From an uncultured cyanobacterium (GTDB lineage Bacteria > Cyanobacteriota > Cyanobacteriia > Cyanobacteriales > Nostocaceae), in assembly GCA_963740315.1 (NCBI GenBank), contig CAVUDP010000001.1, forward strand, positions 64,001-128,000: DNA of 64,000 bases. The letters are read 5' to 3'. Each line of letters starts with the position of its first letter. The first letter of the stretch is position 1. Shown here piece by piece: positions 1-9,916 of this stretch. Made by a program: the position numbers and the translations under genes. The notes below the pieces were generated by a model that had not been told where the DNA came from, made no database searches, and saw only the letters and a list, made by a program, of their open reading frames with translations.

Positions 1-1018
1 TAGGTACTAAGGCTAAGGCAATTCTTTGTCCGGAAATCACAGCATTAACAAATACTGTTGCTAAAGAAAGCAAACCAACTATCCTCCACTTAGCATCCGG
101 ATCGCTAAAGCCGGTACCGAAGGTAAAAAAAGTACTGGAAATTAAAAACCACGCCCATTGCCAAGGTGCTACAAAGGTACCCGGTAGCCTAATCATCCCT
201 TGACTGGGGCTGTAAACTAGCGAACCACCAATAAAACATCGGGCTGACAGTGTTGCTTTAAATAAATCTTGTCCTACAGCGTCACGAGTTCCTTCGCAGA
301 TACCTACAACCAATAATGCATATTGAACAACTCCAAGCAAGCAGCAAACGAGTATTAAAACGACTTGGATGCGCGATACAAATAGAAAATCCTTTTTATT
401 GCGAATTAAGTAATAAGCACAGGTCATTAAGGGTATATAACCAATAAATACTTTAAGCCCTAAAATCCCCATTCCCAGGGGTGTTCCTTTAGGTGGTGCT
501 TTAAATAGCTCCGGAGGCGGTGGGTTGAATTGTTGGATTGCATTCACAAACAACAGCGTGCAAACACATAAGGTTAATAAAATAAATAATGGTTTTTTAA
601 TATCTTTAGGAATAATAAAAGGTAAATTTTGCTGACGGCATTTTTGCCACAGCATTAGAACTGCGGGAAAATATAAGCCATCTTTAGCTAATTGAAGTAT
701 GGCGTTACCACCGAGTAGATAGGTAACAGTACCTGCAAATGGTACGTAGAAAACAAACCCCAACAAAGCTTCGCGGGGGTATTTATAAGAAAGCGCTATT
801 ACGATCGCAGCCACCGCAACAGGAAGTGCTAATTTGATTCCCGCAACAAAGAATACTGCAATACCTAAAACAAGACCTACTCCTCCGGCTTTGGAGAGTA
901 GGCTGATAAGTTCTTTCTTAGCTCTTGTTGCCTTGCGTTTCTGTGCTAGCCTCTCTTTGAGAGTCAGGGTAGGCTTTTCTTTTTTTGACTGCTTTTTTTT
1001 ACCCTTGGATTTGAGCAT
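1..1018 (-). CDS. hpsL: Hormogonium polysaccharide biosynthesis membrane protein (HpsL-like); 3' end runs off the window edge
   Basis: Not in the ORF track because it is truncated. ATG at 1018 reads MLKSKGKKKQSKKEKPTLTLKERLAQKRKATRARKE..., then hydrophobic helices (YKYPREALLGFVFYVPFAGTVTY...LQLAKDGLYFP), which I recognise as HpsL-like. Confidence 0.7.
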   Translation of the reverse strand, partial: MLKSKGKKKQSKKEKPTLTLKERLAQKRKATRAKKELISLLSKAGGVGLVLGIAVFFVAGIKLALPVAVAAIVIALSYKYPREALLGFVFYVPFAGTVTYLLGGNAILQLAKDGLYFPAVLMLWQKCRQQNLPFIIPKDIKKPLFILLTLCVCTLLFVNAIQQFNPPPPELFKAPPKGTPLGMGILGLKVFIGYIPLMTCAYYLIRNKKDFLFVSRIQVVLILVCCLLGVVQYALLVVGICEGTRDAVGQDLFKATLSARCFIGGSLVYSPSQGMIRLPGTFVAPWQWAWFLISSTFFTFGTGFSDPDAKWRIVGLLSLATVFVNAVISGQRIALALVP

Positions 1019-1195
1019 ATTAAATTTAAGAATTTAGATTAGTCAATTAAAAATGGTTAGTAGGTACTAGTTAGTCGATAATAACCAATAACTAACATTT
1101 AATACATTCTTAGTGGACAGTAGTTAGTCGATAGTCGCTCGAAAAACAACCGTCCAAATATTAACTAATAACTACTAATCCAAATCTCAAATCCT

Positions 1196-2671
1196 TTATG
1201 CCGCCAAATTCTGCTGTACTACATCAACCAATTCTTTTGTCCAATAGTTAGTAAGATCGGCTGATTCGGCTTCCACCATGACTCGGATTAAAGGTTCGGT
1301 ACCAGAGGCGCGAACTAATACTCTACCAGCATCACCCATTGCTGTTTGGGCACGAGAAATAGCTTGCTCTATTGGCTGACAATCTTTCCAGCCTACGCGC
1401 TTTTCTCTATCTTCTACCCGCACGTTATGTAATAGTTGCGGATACGTTGTAAAGCTTCGATCCACCATTTCGGATAAAGGTACATTTGCCTGATGTACTA
1501 AAGCTGCTATATGCAAAGCTGTCAGCAAACCATCTCCAGTTATACCGTAGTGACGGCAGAGGATATGACCGGATTGTTCGCCTCCCAACATTCCACCAGC
1601 CCGGAACATTTCTGCTTGTACGTGTCTATCTCCAACATCAGTACGTGTAAATTTACCACCGATTTGCTTCCACGCTCTTTCAAAGCCTAAATTTGCCATG
1701 ACGGTAGAAACAATCAAATTATCCGGCAATTCTTGCTTTTGCTGTAAAGATTTTCCCCACAGATAAAGAATATAATCACCGTTAATTGCTCTTCCAGTAT
1801 TGTCTACTGCTAATACTCTGTCTGCATCACCATCAAATGCAAAACCCAAGTCGGCATTGTTTTCTTTGACAGCTGCTTGCAAAATACCTAAGTGAGTCGA
1901 ACCGCAATCAACATTAATGCGAGATCCATCTGCTTGGTTGTGTAGGGAAATGACTTCTGCACCCAATTCCTTAAATACAGATGGTGCTAAACCAACTGCT
2001 GCTCCCCATGCTAAATCTAAAACAACCTTCATTCCTTGAAGAAAAACATTCCCATGTAGCGGACCTTTTAATATCTGTGCATATTCCGATATTAACTCCG
2101 GACGCGAGTAATGCCGTCCGCAATCGGTAACACTAACCGCAGGCGATGCATTACCGCGCAATCCCGCTTCAATTTCTTTCTGCAATGCTTTAGATAGCTT
2201 AATACCATCAGCACCAAAAATTTTGATGCCGTTATCTTCTGGTGGATTATGGCTGGCAGAAATCATTATCCCACCTACGGCATCTGTAATGCTGCTCAGA
2301 TAAGCAACGCAAGGAGTAGGGCATAATCCTAGATACCATACCTCTAATCCTGCTGCTGTCAACCCCGCGCTCATTGCCATTGCCAGCATATCGCTGGAAT
2401 TTCGGGAATCCTGTCCGAGAATCACAGGACCGACTTTCTGATTGCGGCTACGCAATACAATACCCGTCCAAAAACCTACTTGCAATGCTAAAGGCGCACT
2501 CAGCAATCCGCCTACTTTTCCGCGAATACCATCGGTACCGAATAGAGGAGATTTTGGCAATACTAAGGAGTTCTGCATGAAACCATTTGCAGAAACTTTT
2601 TTCCATCCATTCGCATTACCAGCAGAATCCTCACGCAGACTACCGTGAGTTCGAGTTATAAATGATACCAT
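1196..2671 (-). CDS. glmM: Phosphoglucosamine mutase
   Basis: [15 protein letters not shown] (phosphoserine), FDGDADR and GGEQSGH motifs. Confidence 0.95.
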   Translation of the reverse strand: MVSFITRTHGSLREDSAGNANGWKKVSANGFMQNSLVLPKSPLFGTDGIRGKVGGLLSAPLALQVGFWTGIVLRSRNQKVGPVILGQDSRNSSDMLAMAMSAGLTAAGLEVWYLGLCPTPCVAYLSSITDAVGGIMISASHNPPEDNGIKIFGADGIKLSKALQKEIEAGLRGNASPAVSVTDCGRHYSRPELISEYAQILKGPLHGNVFLQGMKVVLDLAWGAAVGLAPSVFKELGAEVISLHNQADGSRINVDCGSTHLGILQAAVKENNADLGFAFDGDADRVLAVDNTGRAINGDYILYLWGKSLQQKQELPDNLIVSTVMANLGFERAWKQIGGKFTRTDVGDRHVQAEMFRAGGMLGGEQSGHILCRHYGITGDGLLTALHIAALVHQANVPLSEMVDRSFTTYPQLLHNVRVEDREKRVGWKDCQPIEQAISRAQTAMGDAGRVLVRASGTEPLIRVMVEAESADLTNYWTKELVDVVQQNLAA

Positions 2672-3056
2672 AATTTTATTTCACTCCACACACTCACACA
2701 GGACAATAACACTTTATACCTGATTGAACAATTCCCGTAGAATACCTTTCCATCAGGACTTTTTGATCTGAAGATTTTATTTTTCTCTTTCTAAATTTAT
2801 TCTAATTTAAGTATCTTTGCTCAATAATACTTATGAATTCTATCAAGCAAATATGAAGATTTCGTCAAGTCAGTAATATCCCTGATGGCTTTAACAACTG
2901 ATTTAAAGCATTCTTAAAGCCAATTTAAAGTTCTTTTTACATTACTAATATAATTACCAAAAATTATGCTCTTAATATATTTAAAAGCTTATTCAAAGTA
3001 GAGGTAATACACAAATTATTTCTCACTTTTACAGCAGAATAAATACCAAGCATATT

Positions 3057-3070
3057 GTATAAACAGTTAC
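3057..3070. promoter_or_regulatory. Candidate NtcA-binding site (GTA-N8-TAC) in the glmM / heme oxygenase divergent intergenic region
   Basis: GTA TAAACAGT TAC; the AT-rich context makes a chance match possible. Confidence 0.25.
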
Positions 3071-3464
3071 TTCGATGGTTATAAAAATTTGATAATAAAT
3101 ACAAATCAAAATAATGCAGAACGAATTTTTGTAATAAAAATTAAAGCTTCTTAAAATTGGGATAAATTTTGTAATGTAAAAGACTTATTTAGCGTGCTTA
3201 AGAAATTTTAATAGAAATTATCATCAATTAGCTTTAATGTTACATTCTAGTAGTTGTTTTTAGTTACGAAGGAATGTGAACGAAGCAAGTAAATATAGAT
3301 GCGCTCAGCAGTGAATTGTTATAAGTGATTATTGTTAAAGAATATTATCTGATATATCGCCAATTCAAAGCTACTGGCTCGCTATAATTCCGCTTTCAAC
3401 CACTTAATTCAGACTTTGAACGATACAGCCTTTAGTTAACCTTTTTATTGTTGAGAAATTTAGT

Positions 3465-4187
3465 ATGAGTAGCGATTTAGCAACCAAATTACGTGTAGGC
3501 ACCAAAAAAGCCCACACAATGGCAGAAAACGTTGGTTTTGTTAAGTGCTTTTTAAAAGGAGTCGTTGAAAAAAATTCTTATCGTAAGTTAGTTGCTAACT
3601 TCTACTTTGCCTACACTGCGATGGAAGAAGAGTTGGAAAGACACGCTAACCACCCAGTTGTTTCCAAAATTGATTTTAAGGAACTCTACAGACAGCATAG
3701 TTTAGAACAAGACCTCACCTATTACTACGGTGCTAACTGGCGCGAACAAATCAAGCTATCGCCAGCGGGTGAAGCATACGTAAACCGCATCCGTGAAGTA
3801 TCGCAAAAAGAACCCGAATTATTAGTAGCGCATTCCTACACTCGTTACTTGGGTGATTTATCCGGCGGACAAATTTTGAAGAATATTGCTCAAACAGCAA
3901 TGAATCTCAATGAAGGAGAAGGTATTGCTTTCTACGAATTTGCCGAGATTGACGACGAAAAAGCATTTAAAGCAAAATACCGTCAAGCTTTAGATGAAAT
4001 GCCCATCGACGAAGCAACAGCAGATAGAATCGTTGATGAAGCCAATGCAGCTTTTGGCATGAACATGAAAATGTTCCAAGAGTTGGAAGGTAATTTAATT
4101 AAAGCGATCGGACAAATGTTGTTCAATACTCTTACTCGTCGTCGCAATCGCGGTAACAACGAAACTGGATTGGCAACCGCTGATTAA
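3465..4187 (+). CDS. ho1: Heme oxygenase (biliverdin-producing)
   Basis: LRVGTKKAHTMAENVGF and HSYTRYLGDLSGGQIL motifs of cyanobacterial HO-1. Confidence 0.95.
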   Translation: MSSDLATKLRVGTKKAHTMAENVGFVKCFLKGVVEKNSYRKLVANFYFAYTAMEEELERHANHPVVSKIDFKELYRQHSLEQDLTYYYGANWREQIKLSPAGEAYVNRIREVSQKEPELLVAHSYTRYLGDLSGGQILKNIAQTAMNLNEGEGIAFYEFAEIDDEKAFKAKYRQALDEMPIDEATADRIVDEANAAFGMNMKMFQELEGNLIKAIGQMLFNTLTRRRNRGNNETGLATAD

Positions 4188-4299
4188 GATTTATTAACTT
4201 AAAATAATTAACTTGTAGGGGCGATATTTTTATGATTATTTGTGTTAAGCATTGATAATTATAAGGATGTCACCCCTATTTGGTTTGAGGAAATGGTTC

Positions 4300-4329
4300 G
4301 TAGGTTGGGTTGAGGAACGAAGCCCAACA
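4300..4329 (+). repeat. GTAG-type REP-like dispersed repeat
   Basis: GTAGGTTGGGTTGAGGAACGAAGCCCAACA hairpin; relatives at 5159-5205 (inverted) and 59858-59923. Confidence 0.75.
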
Positions 4330-4374
4330 TAATGCCGGAAATCTAAACAAATAATTTCAAATAAAACGACATAC

Positions 4375-4544
4375 AGCAAGCAAGATTAATATATAGCGAG
4401 CAAGATATAGGGGTTAAGGAACAAGATGTAAGGAATTAGCGAGCAAGATGTAAGGGTTAAGGAGCAAGATGTACCGTCTAGCGAACAAGATGTACCGTCT
4501 AGCGAGCAAGATGTAAGGTCTAGCGAGCAAGATGCTCGCACTAC
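4375..4544 (+). repeat. Tandem array of 8 units of about 21 bp (core TAGCGAGCAAGATG) ending in a REP arm
   Basis: CAAGAT cores at 4381, 4401, 4422, 4444, 4465, 4486, 4507 and 4528. Confidence 0.9.
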
Positions 4545-4556
4545 GGTAATTTATCT

Positions 4557-5096
4557 TCATCGATTATAGATAATTAAATCGCTGCTAGTAGCCACGATAA
4601 ATGAGTTGCCTGTATAGGAAAAACCATATGCTCTTACGACGGTTTCTTGTCCGCTAATCTTGGTAAAATTATCTGGTCGATTCCAAGTCATACCGTAGAG
4701 ATCGGAACCCGGTTCCACTAGTAAAATCATTTCTTCTAGAAAATTAATAGTTACCAATTCTAAGCTCCAATCGTCTTCGGTAATTGTTGGTAAACCACCA
4801 CCGTCAAGACCAGCCATTCTAATAATTTTCCCATTTAAGCTACCAATACCTTCAGCTTCAAGATATTTATTTTCATAATAGTCTTCCCTGTCTCTTGCAG
4901 TTTTCTTACCAGTCGAACAATCAACTACACCTCGACCTTGATGGGATACGATTAATAAATTTTCTGTATCTCGATCGAAACCAACGGAACATAATCCACC
5001 AATTAAAATCGTGGTTTTATGCTGCCACGGTGACGGTGGTTTTTTGATTTCTAAACTTAGTAATTTTATTTTTAAAGGTTCTAGATGTTCGTACAT
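4557..5096 (-). CDS. Hypothetical protein (179 aa from the ATG at 5096)
   Basis: ORF track 4557..5150 opens at a TTG; the first ATG is at 5096 (MYEHLEPLK...); globular composition. Confidence 0.7.
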   Translation of the reverse strand: MYEHLEPLKIKLLSLEIKKPPSPWQHKTTILIGGLCSVGFDRDTENLLIVSHQGRGVVDCSTGKKTARDREDYYENKYLEAEGIGSLNGKIIRMAGLDGGGLPTITEDDWSLELVTINFLEEMILLVEPGSDLYGMTWNRPDNFTKISGQETVVRAYGFSYTGNSFIVATSSDLIIYNR

Positions 5097-5158
5097 ATCC
5101 CATGAGGAATAAAGTATATATTTATCAAAATAATTCTGTGTAAAAATCAAAAGGTAAA

Positions 5159-5205
5159 TGTTAGGTTAAAGACGCAATTATTTGTCCGCCTTTAACCCAA
5201 CCTAC
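5159..5205 (-). repeat. GTAG-type REP-like dispersed repeat
   Basis: Minus strand reads GTAGGTTGGGTTAAAGGCG...TTTAACCTAACA; its start is identical to that of 59858-59923. Confidence 0.75.
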
Positions 5206-5224
5206 AATATTTATATTTCACCAA

Positions 5225-5884
5225 TTACAAATTAACAAAATCCCAAATATTATCATCTAACTGCTGTAGAGATTGCAAAATCATATCGGCGATCGCAAAT
5301 TTTGGGTTATGATTTTCTGACATTTCGGGGATAGCGATACATTTCATTTGAGCGGATTTAGCGGCTAAAACTCCATTAAGGGAATCTTCTAAAGCCAAAC
5401 AATTTTGAGGAGATACCCCCAGTTTTTCAGCAGTGGTAAGATAAACACCGGGATGGGGTTTTCCCAAAGTTTCGCATTCAGCCGAATAAATTATTTCAAA
5501 AGTTTCAGTTAAATTTAATTTTTCTAAGGCAGCATTAATAATTTTAGACGATGAAGAAGAAGCTAAAGCTATTTTTACATCTTTAGTTTTGACATAAGCG
5601 ATCGCATCGTTAACACCAGCTAAAGCCTTACCCTCAGTACAAATTAGCTCAATCAATTTATTAACTATTGCTTCTTCAACTTCCAATTTCGATAAACTAT
5701 CCCAAGGATATTTTTTGTACCAATATTCCACAACTTCATCAATTCTCAGTCCTTTAGTTTGCAGGCACATAGAAGGAATGAGAATTATATCTACCTGTTT
5801 AAATATAGCTATTTCTGCCTGCTGCCACAACGGTTCGGAATCAATCAACAAACCATCCATATCGAAAATTACTGCTTCAATCAT
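5225..5884 (-). CDS. HAD-family sugar/hexitol phosphatase (HxpB/YniC-like)
   Basis: IFDMDGLLIDSEPLWQQAE, GKPHPGVY and LEDSLNG motifs; real start taken as ATG 5884 because the longer ORF start translates an STRR tract. Confidence 0.85.
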   Translation of the reverse strand: MIEAVIFDMDGLLIDSEPLWQQAEIAIFKQVDIILIPSMCLQTKGLRIDEVVEYWYKKYPWDSLSKLEVEEAIVNKLIELICTEGKALAGVNDAIAYVKTKDVKIALASSSSSKIINAALEKLNLTETFEIIYSAECETLGKPHPGVYLTTAEKLGVSPQNCLALEDSLNGVLAAKSAQMKCIAIPEMSENHNPKFAIADMILQSLQQLDDNIWDFVNL

Positions 5885-6099
5885 AAAAATTGCGAATTGG
5901 GAATTGGGAATTGGGAATGGGTAAATTGTAGGGTGTGTGACGCTCACCTGAATTTTAAGGGTAAATAGTTAATTATGTTTAAGCGTCACGCACCAACAAG
6001 CAACTGTGATAATAATGAGTTTTGTTAATAAGGAATAGAAAATCAAGAATAAATCAAAACAATATTCAATAATCTACCAAAAAACCAGCTAAATCCCAA

Positions 6100-6912
6100 T
6101 CAATATTCATCAGAAGGATGTTTCCCGTGAAAAGCGTAAACGCTGTAACCATCACGGAATTTAATTGCAGGCTCTCCTTCACCATGAAGCCGGTTTTCTG
6201 TATCAAAAGATAATTTAAAAGCGCGATTACCTTCGGTAGAGCTTCGCTTAACGCACGAAATACAAACTTTCTCAAATTGAAATATAAAACCGCAATGCTG
6301 GATTAAATCTTGAACAACTTGCCATTTTTTCTTATCATGTCCCACTCCAAGAACTGATATGCAAAAATCGAACATACAGCCCCAGATTGCCCATTTTGCT
6401 GTTCTCGTAAGATTCATTCTTAAGTTTGAGCAATAGGTCAAGTCTATTCCATACTGGTGAAAATCATCTATTAACTGATTGTCGATGCAACTTGAAAGAC
6501 TATGGGGAAAATATGAAATTATCGGGTTATCTTCAGTCCAATAATGAGGAAAATCGGGATAATGAATTTTATTTCTCAATTTTGTAAAAAGATTCTTATC
6601 AAGCTGTTTTTCTATCTCATGCAAAAGATGATTTACCACTCTGTTAAGAAATTTTATATGAATATCGCGTCCTAAATAAGCTTTAAAGTTATCAATAGCA
6701 ATCATTTCCTGAATTGCTGCAAAAGGACTTTCATAAAACCAAATTTCGGGTTGGGGAAAATCGCTTACTGAATAAGCAGCTTTAATTACTGATGCAACTT
6801 TCTCTTCGTCTATAGGTTCGGTTGATAATTCAAACGATCGCCATTTTTCCCGATAGCTGGGAAGCATCGTTTGTTGTTCGTCGGAAATTTCGCTGATAAT
6901 ACGTTTCGGCAT
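6100..6912 (-). CDS. DUF6745-like hypothetical protein carrying an in-frame 8-aa insertion
   Basis: C-terminal KLSFDTENRLHGEGEPAIKFRDGYSVYAFHG motif, typical of this cyanobacterial family. Confidence 0.75.
   Translation of the reverse strand: MPKRIISEISDEQQTMLPSYREKWRSFELSTEPIDEEKVASVIKAAYSVSDFPQPEIWFYESPFAAIQEMIAIDNFKAYLGRDIHIKFLNRVVNHLLHEIEKQLDKNLFTKLRNKIHYPDFPHYWTEDNPIISYFPHSLSSCIDNQLIDDFHQYGIDLTYCSNLRMNLTRTAKWAIWGCMFDFCISVLGVGHDKKKWQVVQDLIQHCGFIFQFEKVCISCVKRSSTEGNRAFKLSFDTENRLHGEGEPAIKFRDGYSVYAFHGKHPSDEY
6228..6251. mobile_element. 24-nt small dispersed repeat (SDR5-like) inserted in a HIP1 octamer
   Basis: GCGAT|TACCTTCGGTAGAGCTTCGCTTAA|CGC; removing the insert restores GCGATCGC. Confidence 0.85.
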
Positions 6913-7017
6913 CTTTTAAAGTGTTTTGCTATTTTATATACCCTTTCATCGTAAAATTATAAAGCCGATTTTCAATGCAAACGGTCAAAACACCGATATA
7001 TAAAACTTTTTACACGC

Positions 7018-8070
7018 ATGGCTGCAAAAATCCCCGTTACCGTGATCACAGGTTTTTTAGGTAGTGGAAAAACTACTTTAATTCGTAATTTACTACAAAA
7101 TAATCAAGGAAGACGCATCGCTGTTATAGTCAATGAATTTGGCGAACTCGGTATTGATGGGGAATTATTACAATCGTGTCAAGTTTGCCCGGAAGAGGAA
7201 GACAGCGATAATATTGGCAATAATATCTATGAGTTAACTAACGGTTGTCTTTGCTGTACGGTTCAAGAAGAGTTTTTACCGACGATGCAGCAGTTAATTA
7301 AACGACGAGACAGCATCGACTGCATTTTGATTGAAACTTCTGGTTTGGCTTTACCAAAACCTTTAGTAAAAGCTTTCCGCTGGCAGGAAATTCGCAACGC
7401 TGCTACAGTCGATTCCGTAATTACCGTGGTGGATAGTGAAGCGGTTGCTGCTGGAACTTTTGCTGGAGATTTAGAAGCTGTAGAGGCGCAACGGCAAGCA
7501 GATGATAGCTTAGAACATGAAACACCTTTACAAGAACTGTTTGAAGACCAGCTTGCTTGTGCAGATTTAGTAGTATTAAATAAAACCGATTTGGTGGATC
7601 GGGAAACCTTAGCTGAAGTCAGGAATTTAGTTAAGCAAGAATTACCTCGGATAGTGAAGATAATTGAAAGCGATCGCAGTGAAATCGATCCGTCTATATT
7701 ATTGGGTTTGCAAGCCGCAGTGGAAGACGATTTAGATAAACGTCCTTCCCATCATGACACGGAAGAAGAACACGAACACGATGATGAAATTACTTCTCAT
7801 CACGTAATTTTAAACCGCAGTTTTGACCCTGAAAAGTTGAAACAGCAGTTACAAACGTTGGTACAACAGCAAGAAATTTTTCGCGTCAAAGGCTTTGTTG
7901 CAGTACCCGATAAATCGATGCGTTTGGTAATGCAAGGTGTAGGAAATCGCTTTGAGCAATTTTACGATCGCCCTTGGAAACCTGAAGAAGCTAGACTTAC
8001 TCGTTTGGTTTTTATCGGTAAGGATTTGAAGTCTTCCGAACTAGAATCGCATTTGGAAGATTTGAATTAA
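7018..8070 (+). CDS. cobW: Cobalamin biosynthesis GTPase CobW (COG0523)
   Basis: TGFLGSGKTT, NEFGELGIDG, NGCLCC, ETSGLALPKPL motifs and a His-rich linker. Confidence 0.93.
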   Translation: MAAKIPVTVITGFLGSGKTTLIRNLLQNNQGRRIAVIVNEFGELGIDGELLQSCQVCPEEEDSDNIGNNIYELTNGCLCCTVQEEFLPTMQQLIKRRDSIDCILIETSGLALPKPLVKAFRWQEIRNAATVDSVITVVDSEAVAAGTFAGDLEAVEAQRQADDSLEHETPLQELFEDQLACADLVVLNKTDLVDRETLAEVRNLVKQELPRIVKIIESDRSEIDPSILLGLQAAVEDDLDKRPSHHDTEEEHEHDDEITSHHVILNRSFDPEKLKQQLQTLVQQQEIFRVKGFVAVPDKSMRLVMQGVGNRFEQFYDRPWKPEEARLTRLVFIGKDLKSSELESHLEDLN

Positions 8071-8237
8071 GTAGCTTTAAATTAATCACTTATCAATCAA
8101 GTAAGAGAGACGTTGCACTGCAACGTCTCTACATAATTTATTTGTATGTAATTTATAATCCAAAATCTAAAACAAACAAAACGCATCCGTTGTTAAACGC
8201 ATCCGTTGTTAAAATCTAAAATCCTAAATAATAAAAT

Positions 8238-8260
8238 AAAAAAAGAGGGTTTCCCCTCTT
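8238..8260 (-). terminator. Rho-independent terminator downstream of the S1 gene
   Basis: Minus strand AAGAGG-GGAAAC-CCTCTT followed by a T run. Confidence 0.6.
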
Positions 8261-8312
8261 CAAAAATTTACTAAGCTTTAAACCGTTATAAGCGTCTACA
8301 ACGATAAATTCA

Positions 8313-9716
8313 TTATTCTTCGACAGCGACTGCAACTTCTTCTTGAGCTTCATTCTGTTCAGTTTCTGCTGGTGCTTCTTCTGTTTGAGCTTCAGTTTCT
8401 ACTGGTGCTTCTTCTGTTTGAGCTTCAGTTTCTGCTGGTGCTTCTTCTACAGTTGCTTCAGTTTCTACTGGTGCTTCTTCTGTTTGAGCTTCAGTTTCTG
8501 CTGGTGCTTCTTCTGTTTGAGCTTCAGTTTCTGCGGTTGCTTCTTCTACAGTTGCTTCAGTTTCTGCTGGTGCTTCTTCTACAGTTGCTTCAGTTTCTGC
8601 GGTTGCTTCTTCTGTTTGAACTTCAGTTTCTGCTGGTGCTTCTTCTGTTTGAACTTCAGTTTCTGCGGTTGCTTCTTCTACAATCGTTTCAGTTTCTGCG
8701 GTTGCTTCTTCTACAATCGTTTCAGTTTCTGCGGTTGCTTCTTCTGCTGGTGCTTCCTCTGCTGCTGCTGGTACTTCCTCTGCTGGAGCAGCTTCTGGAG
8801 TTATACCCTGTTCTTTGGCTAACAACTGCTCGCGGAATTTAGCAGCCATTTCTTCTGCTTTCTCAAATACCGCATCCCGATTCTTGATCATGTCGCCTGG
8901 TTCGGGTTCAAGCTGCTTGGTAGAAAGTGAAATCCTACCTCTTTCCGCATCCAAGTCAATAATCATTACTTTCAATTCATCATTGACATTGAACACGCTG
9001 TGTGGTGTATCAATATGTTCGTGAGAAATCTCGGAAATGTGTAGCAAACCGCTGACACCGCCAATATCGATAAAGGCACCGTAAGGCTTGATTCCGCGAA
9101 CCGTACCAATTACAACTTCGCCTACTTCCAAGCGGTTCATCTTGCGCTCAACAAGTGCCCGACGGTGAGATAATACAAGCCGGTTGCGCTCTTCGTCTAC
9201 TTCTAAGAATTTTAATGGTAAATCTTCGCCCACCAAATCTTCTTTTGGTTTACGAGTACTTATGTGAGAACCCGGAATAAAGCCACGCAATCCCTCAATC
9301 CGTACTAATGCTCCACCACGGTTAGTTGCGAATACGCCCGAACGCACTGTAGCATCCTCTGTTTGTAGCTGACGTACCCGTTCCCAAGCCCGCATATACT
9401 CGATGCGGCGAATCGAAAGCGTTAACTGCCCTTCTTCATTCTCGTCGCTAAGAATGTAAAATTCCCGCGTTTCGTTAGATTGTAATACTTCTTCCGGGTT
9501 ATCCACCCGGTTAATTGACATTTCTTGTATAGGTATATATGCCGCAGTTTTAGCACCAATGTCAATCAGAGCGCCGCGCGGTTCTAAACTAAAAACTGTA
9601 CCTGGGACTACATCCCCTGGGCTGAAGTGATAATCGTACTTATCAAGTAAAGCCGCAAAATCGTCGTGGGTAAACCCTATATCACTATTGGTTGCTTTCT
9701 GATTGACATTTACCAT
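8313..9716 (-). CDS. rpsA: 30S ribosomal protein S1 with an extended acidic repeat tail
   Basis: Three S1 domains (GALIDIGAKTAAYIP, GLRGFIPGSHIS, GAFIDIGGVSGLLHISEIS); lies downstream of psbT. Confidence 0.95.
   Translation of the reverse strand: MVNVNQKATNSDIGFTHDDFAALLDKYDYHFSPGDVVPGTVFSLEPRGALIDIGAKTAAYIPIQEMSINRVDNPEEVLQSNETREFYILSDENEEGQLTLSIRRIEYMRAWERVRQLQTEDATVRSGVFATNRGGALVRIEGLRGFIPGSHISTRKPKEDLVGEDLPLKFLEVDEERNRLVLSHRRALVERKMNRLEVGEVVIGTVRGIKPYGAFIDIGGVSGLLHISEISHEHIDTPHSVFNVNDELKVMIIDLDAERGRISLSTKQLEPEPGDMIKNRDAVFEKAEEMAAKFREQLLAKEQGITPEAAPAEEVPAAAEEAPAEEATAETETIVEEATAETETIVEEATAETEVQTEEAPAETEVQTEEATAETEATVEEAPAETEATVEEATAETEAQTEEAPAETEAQTEEAPVETEATVEEAPAETEAQTEEAPVETEAQTEEAPAETEQNEAQEEVAVAVEE
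8349..8744 (-). repeat. Intragenic tandem repeat, 12 x 33 bp (EEA[TP][AV]ETExxx)
   Basis: Twelve 11-aa units visible in the S1 translation and in the DNA. Confidence 0.9.
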
Positions 9717-9916
9717 GCTTTATGTTTCCTGGTTTTATTCTCCGTAAAATTTTTGCCTCCTAGCGATGTATATCCAATCGCTTTGTTTTGGGAGTCCATA
9801 CCTATATCCAATATTATCCTAGCGCAGAAAAGCCGATTAAAACACACATCAACTTCCAGATTATAGATTATATCAAATATTAATACTCTGTGGAGTGTTA
9901 ATAGTCAATAAATTTT

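Noticed and set aside
4375..4544. Possible mini-CRISPR array
   Set aside because: Period is only 21 bp, the 7-nt variable parts are related to each other, and no cas genes or leader are present; reported as a REP-derived tandem array instead
5885..5947. N-terminal extension of the HAD phosphatase ORF
   Set aside because: Translates an ATTGGGA STRR tract and part of a REP; the HAD motif I places the start at 5884
6913..7017. Cobalamin riboswitch before cobW
   Set aside because: The gap is only 105 bp and has no B12-box
8343..8842. Two plus-strand ORFs rich in Phe/Cys/Leu (8343..8822 and 8372..8842)
   Set aside because: Antisense shadows of the 33-bp repeat in the S1 gene; they stay open only because the repeat lacks stops
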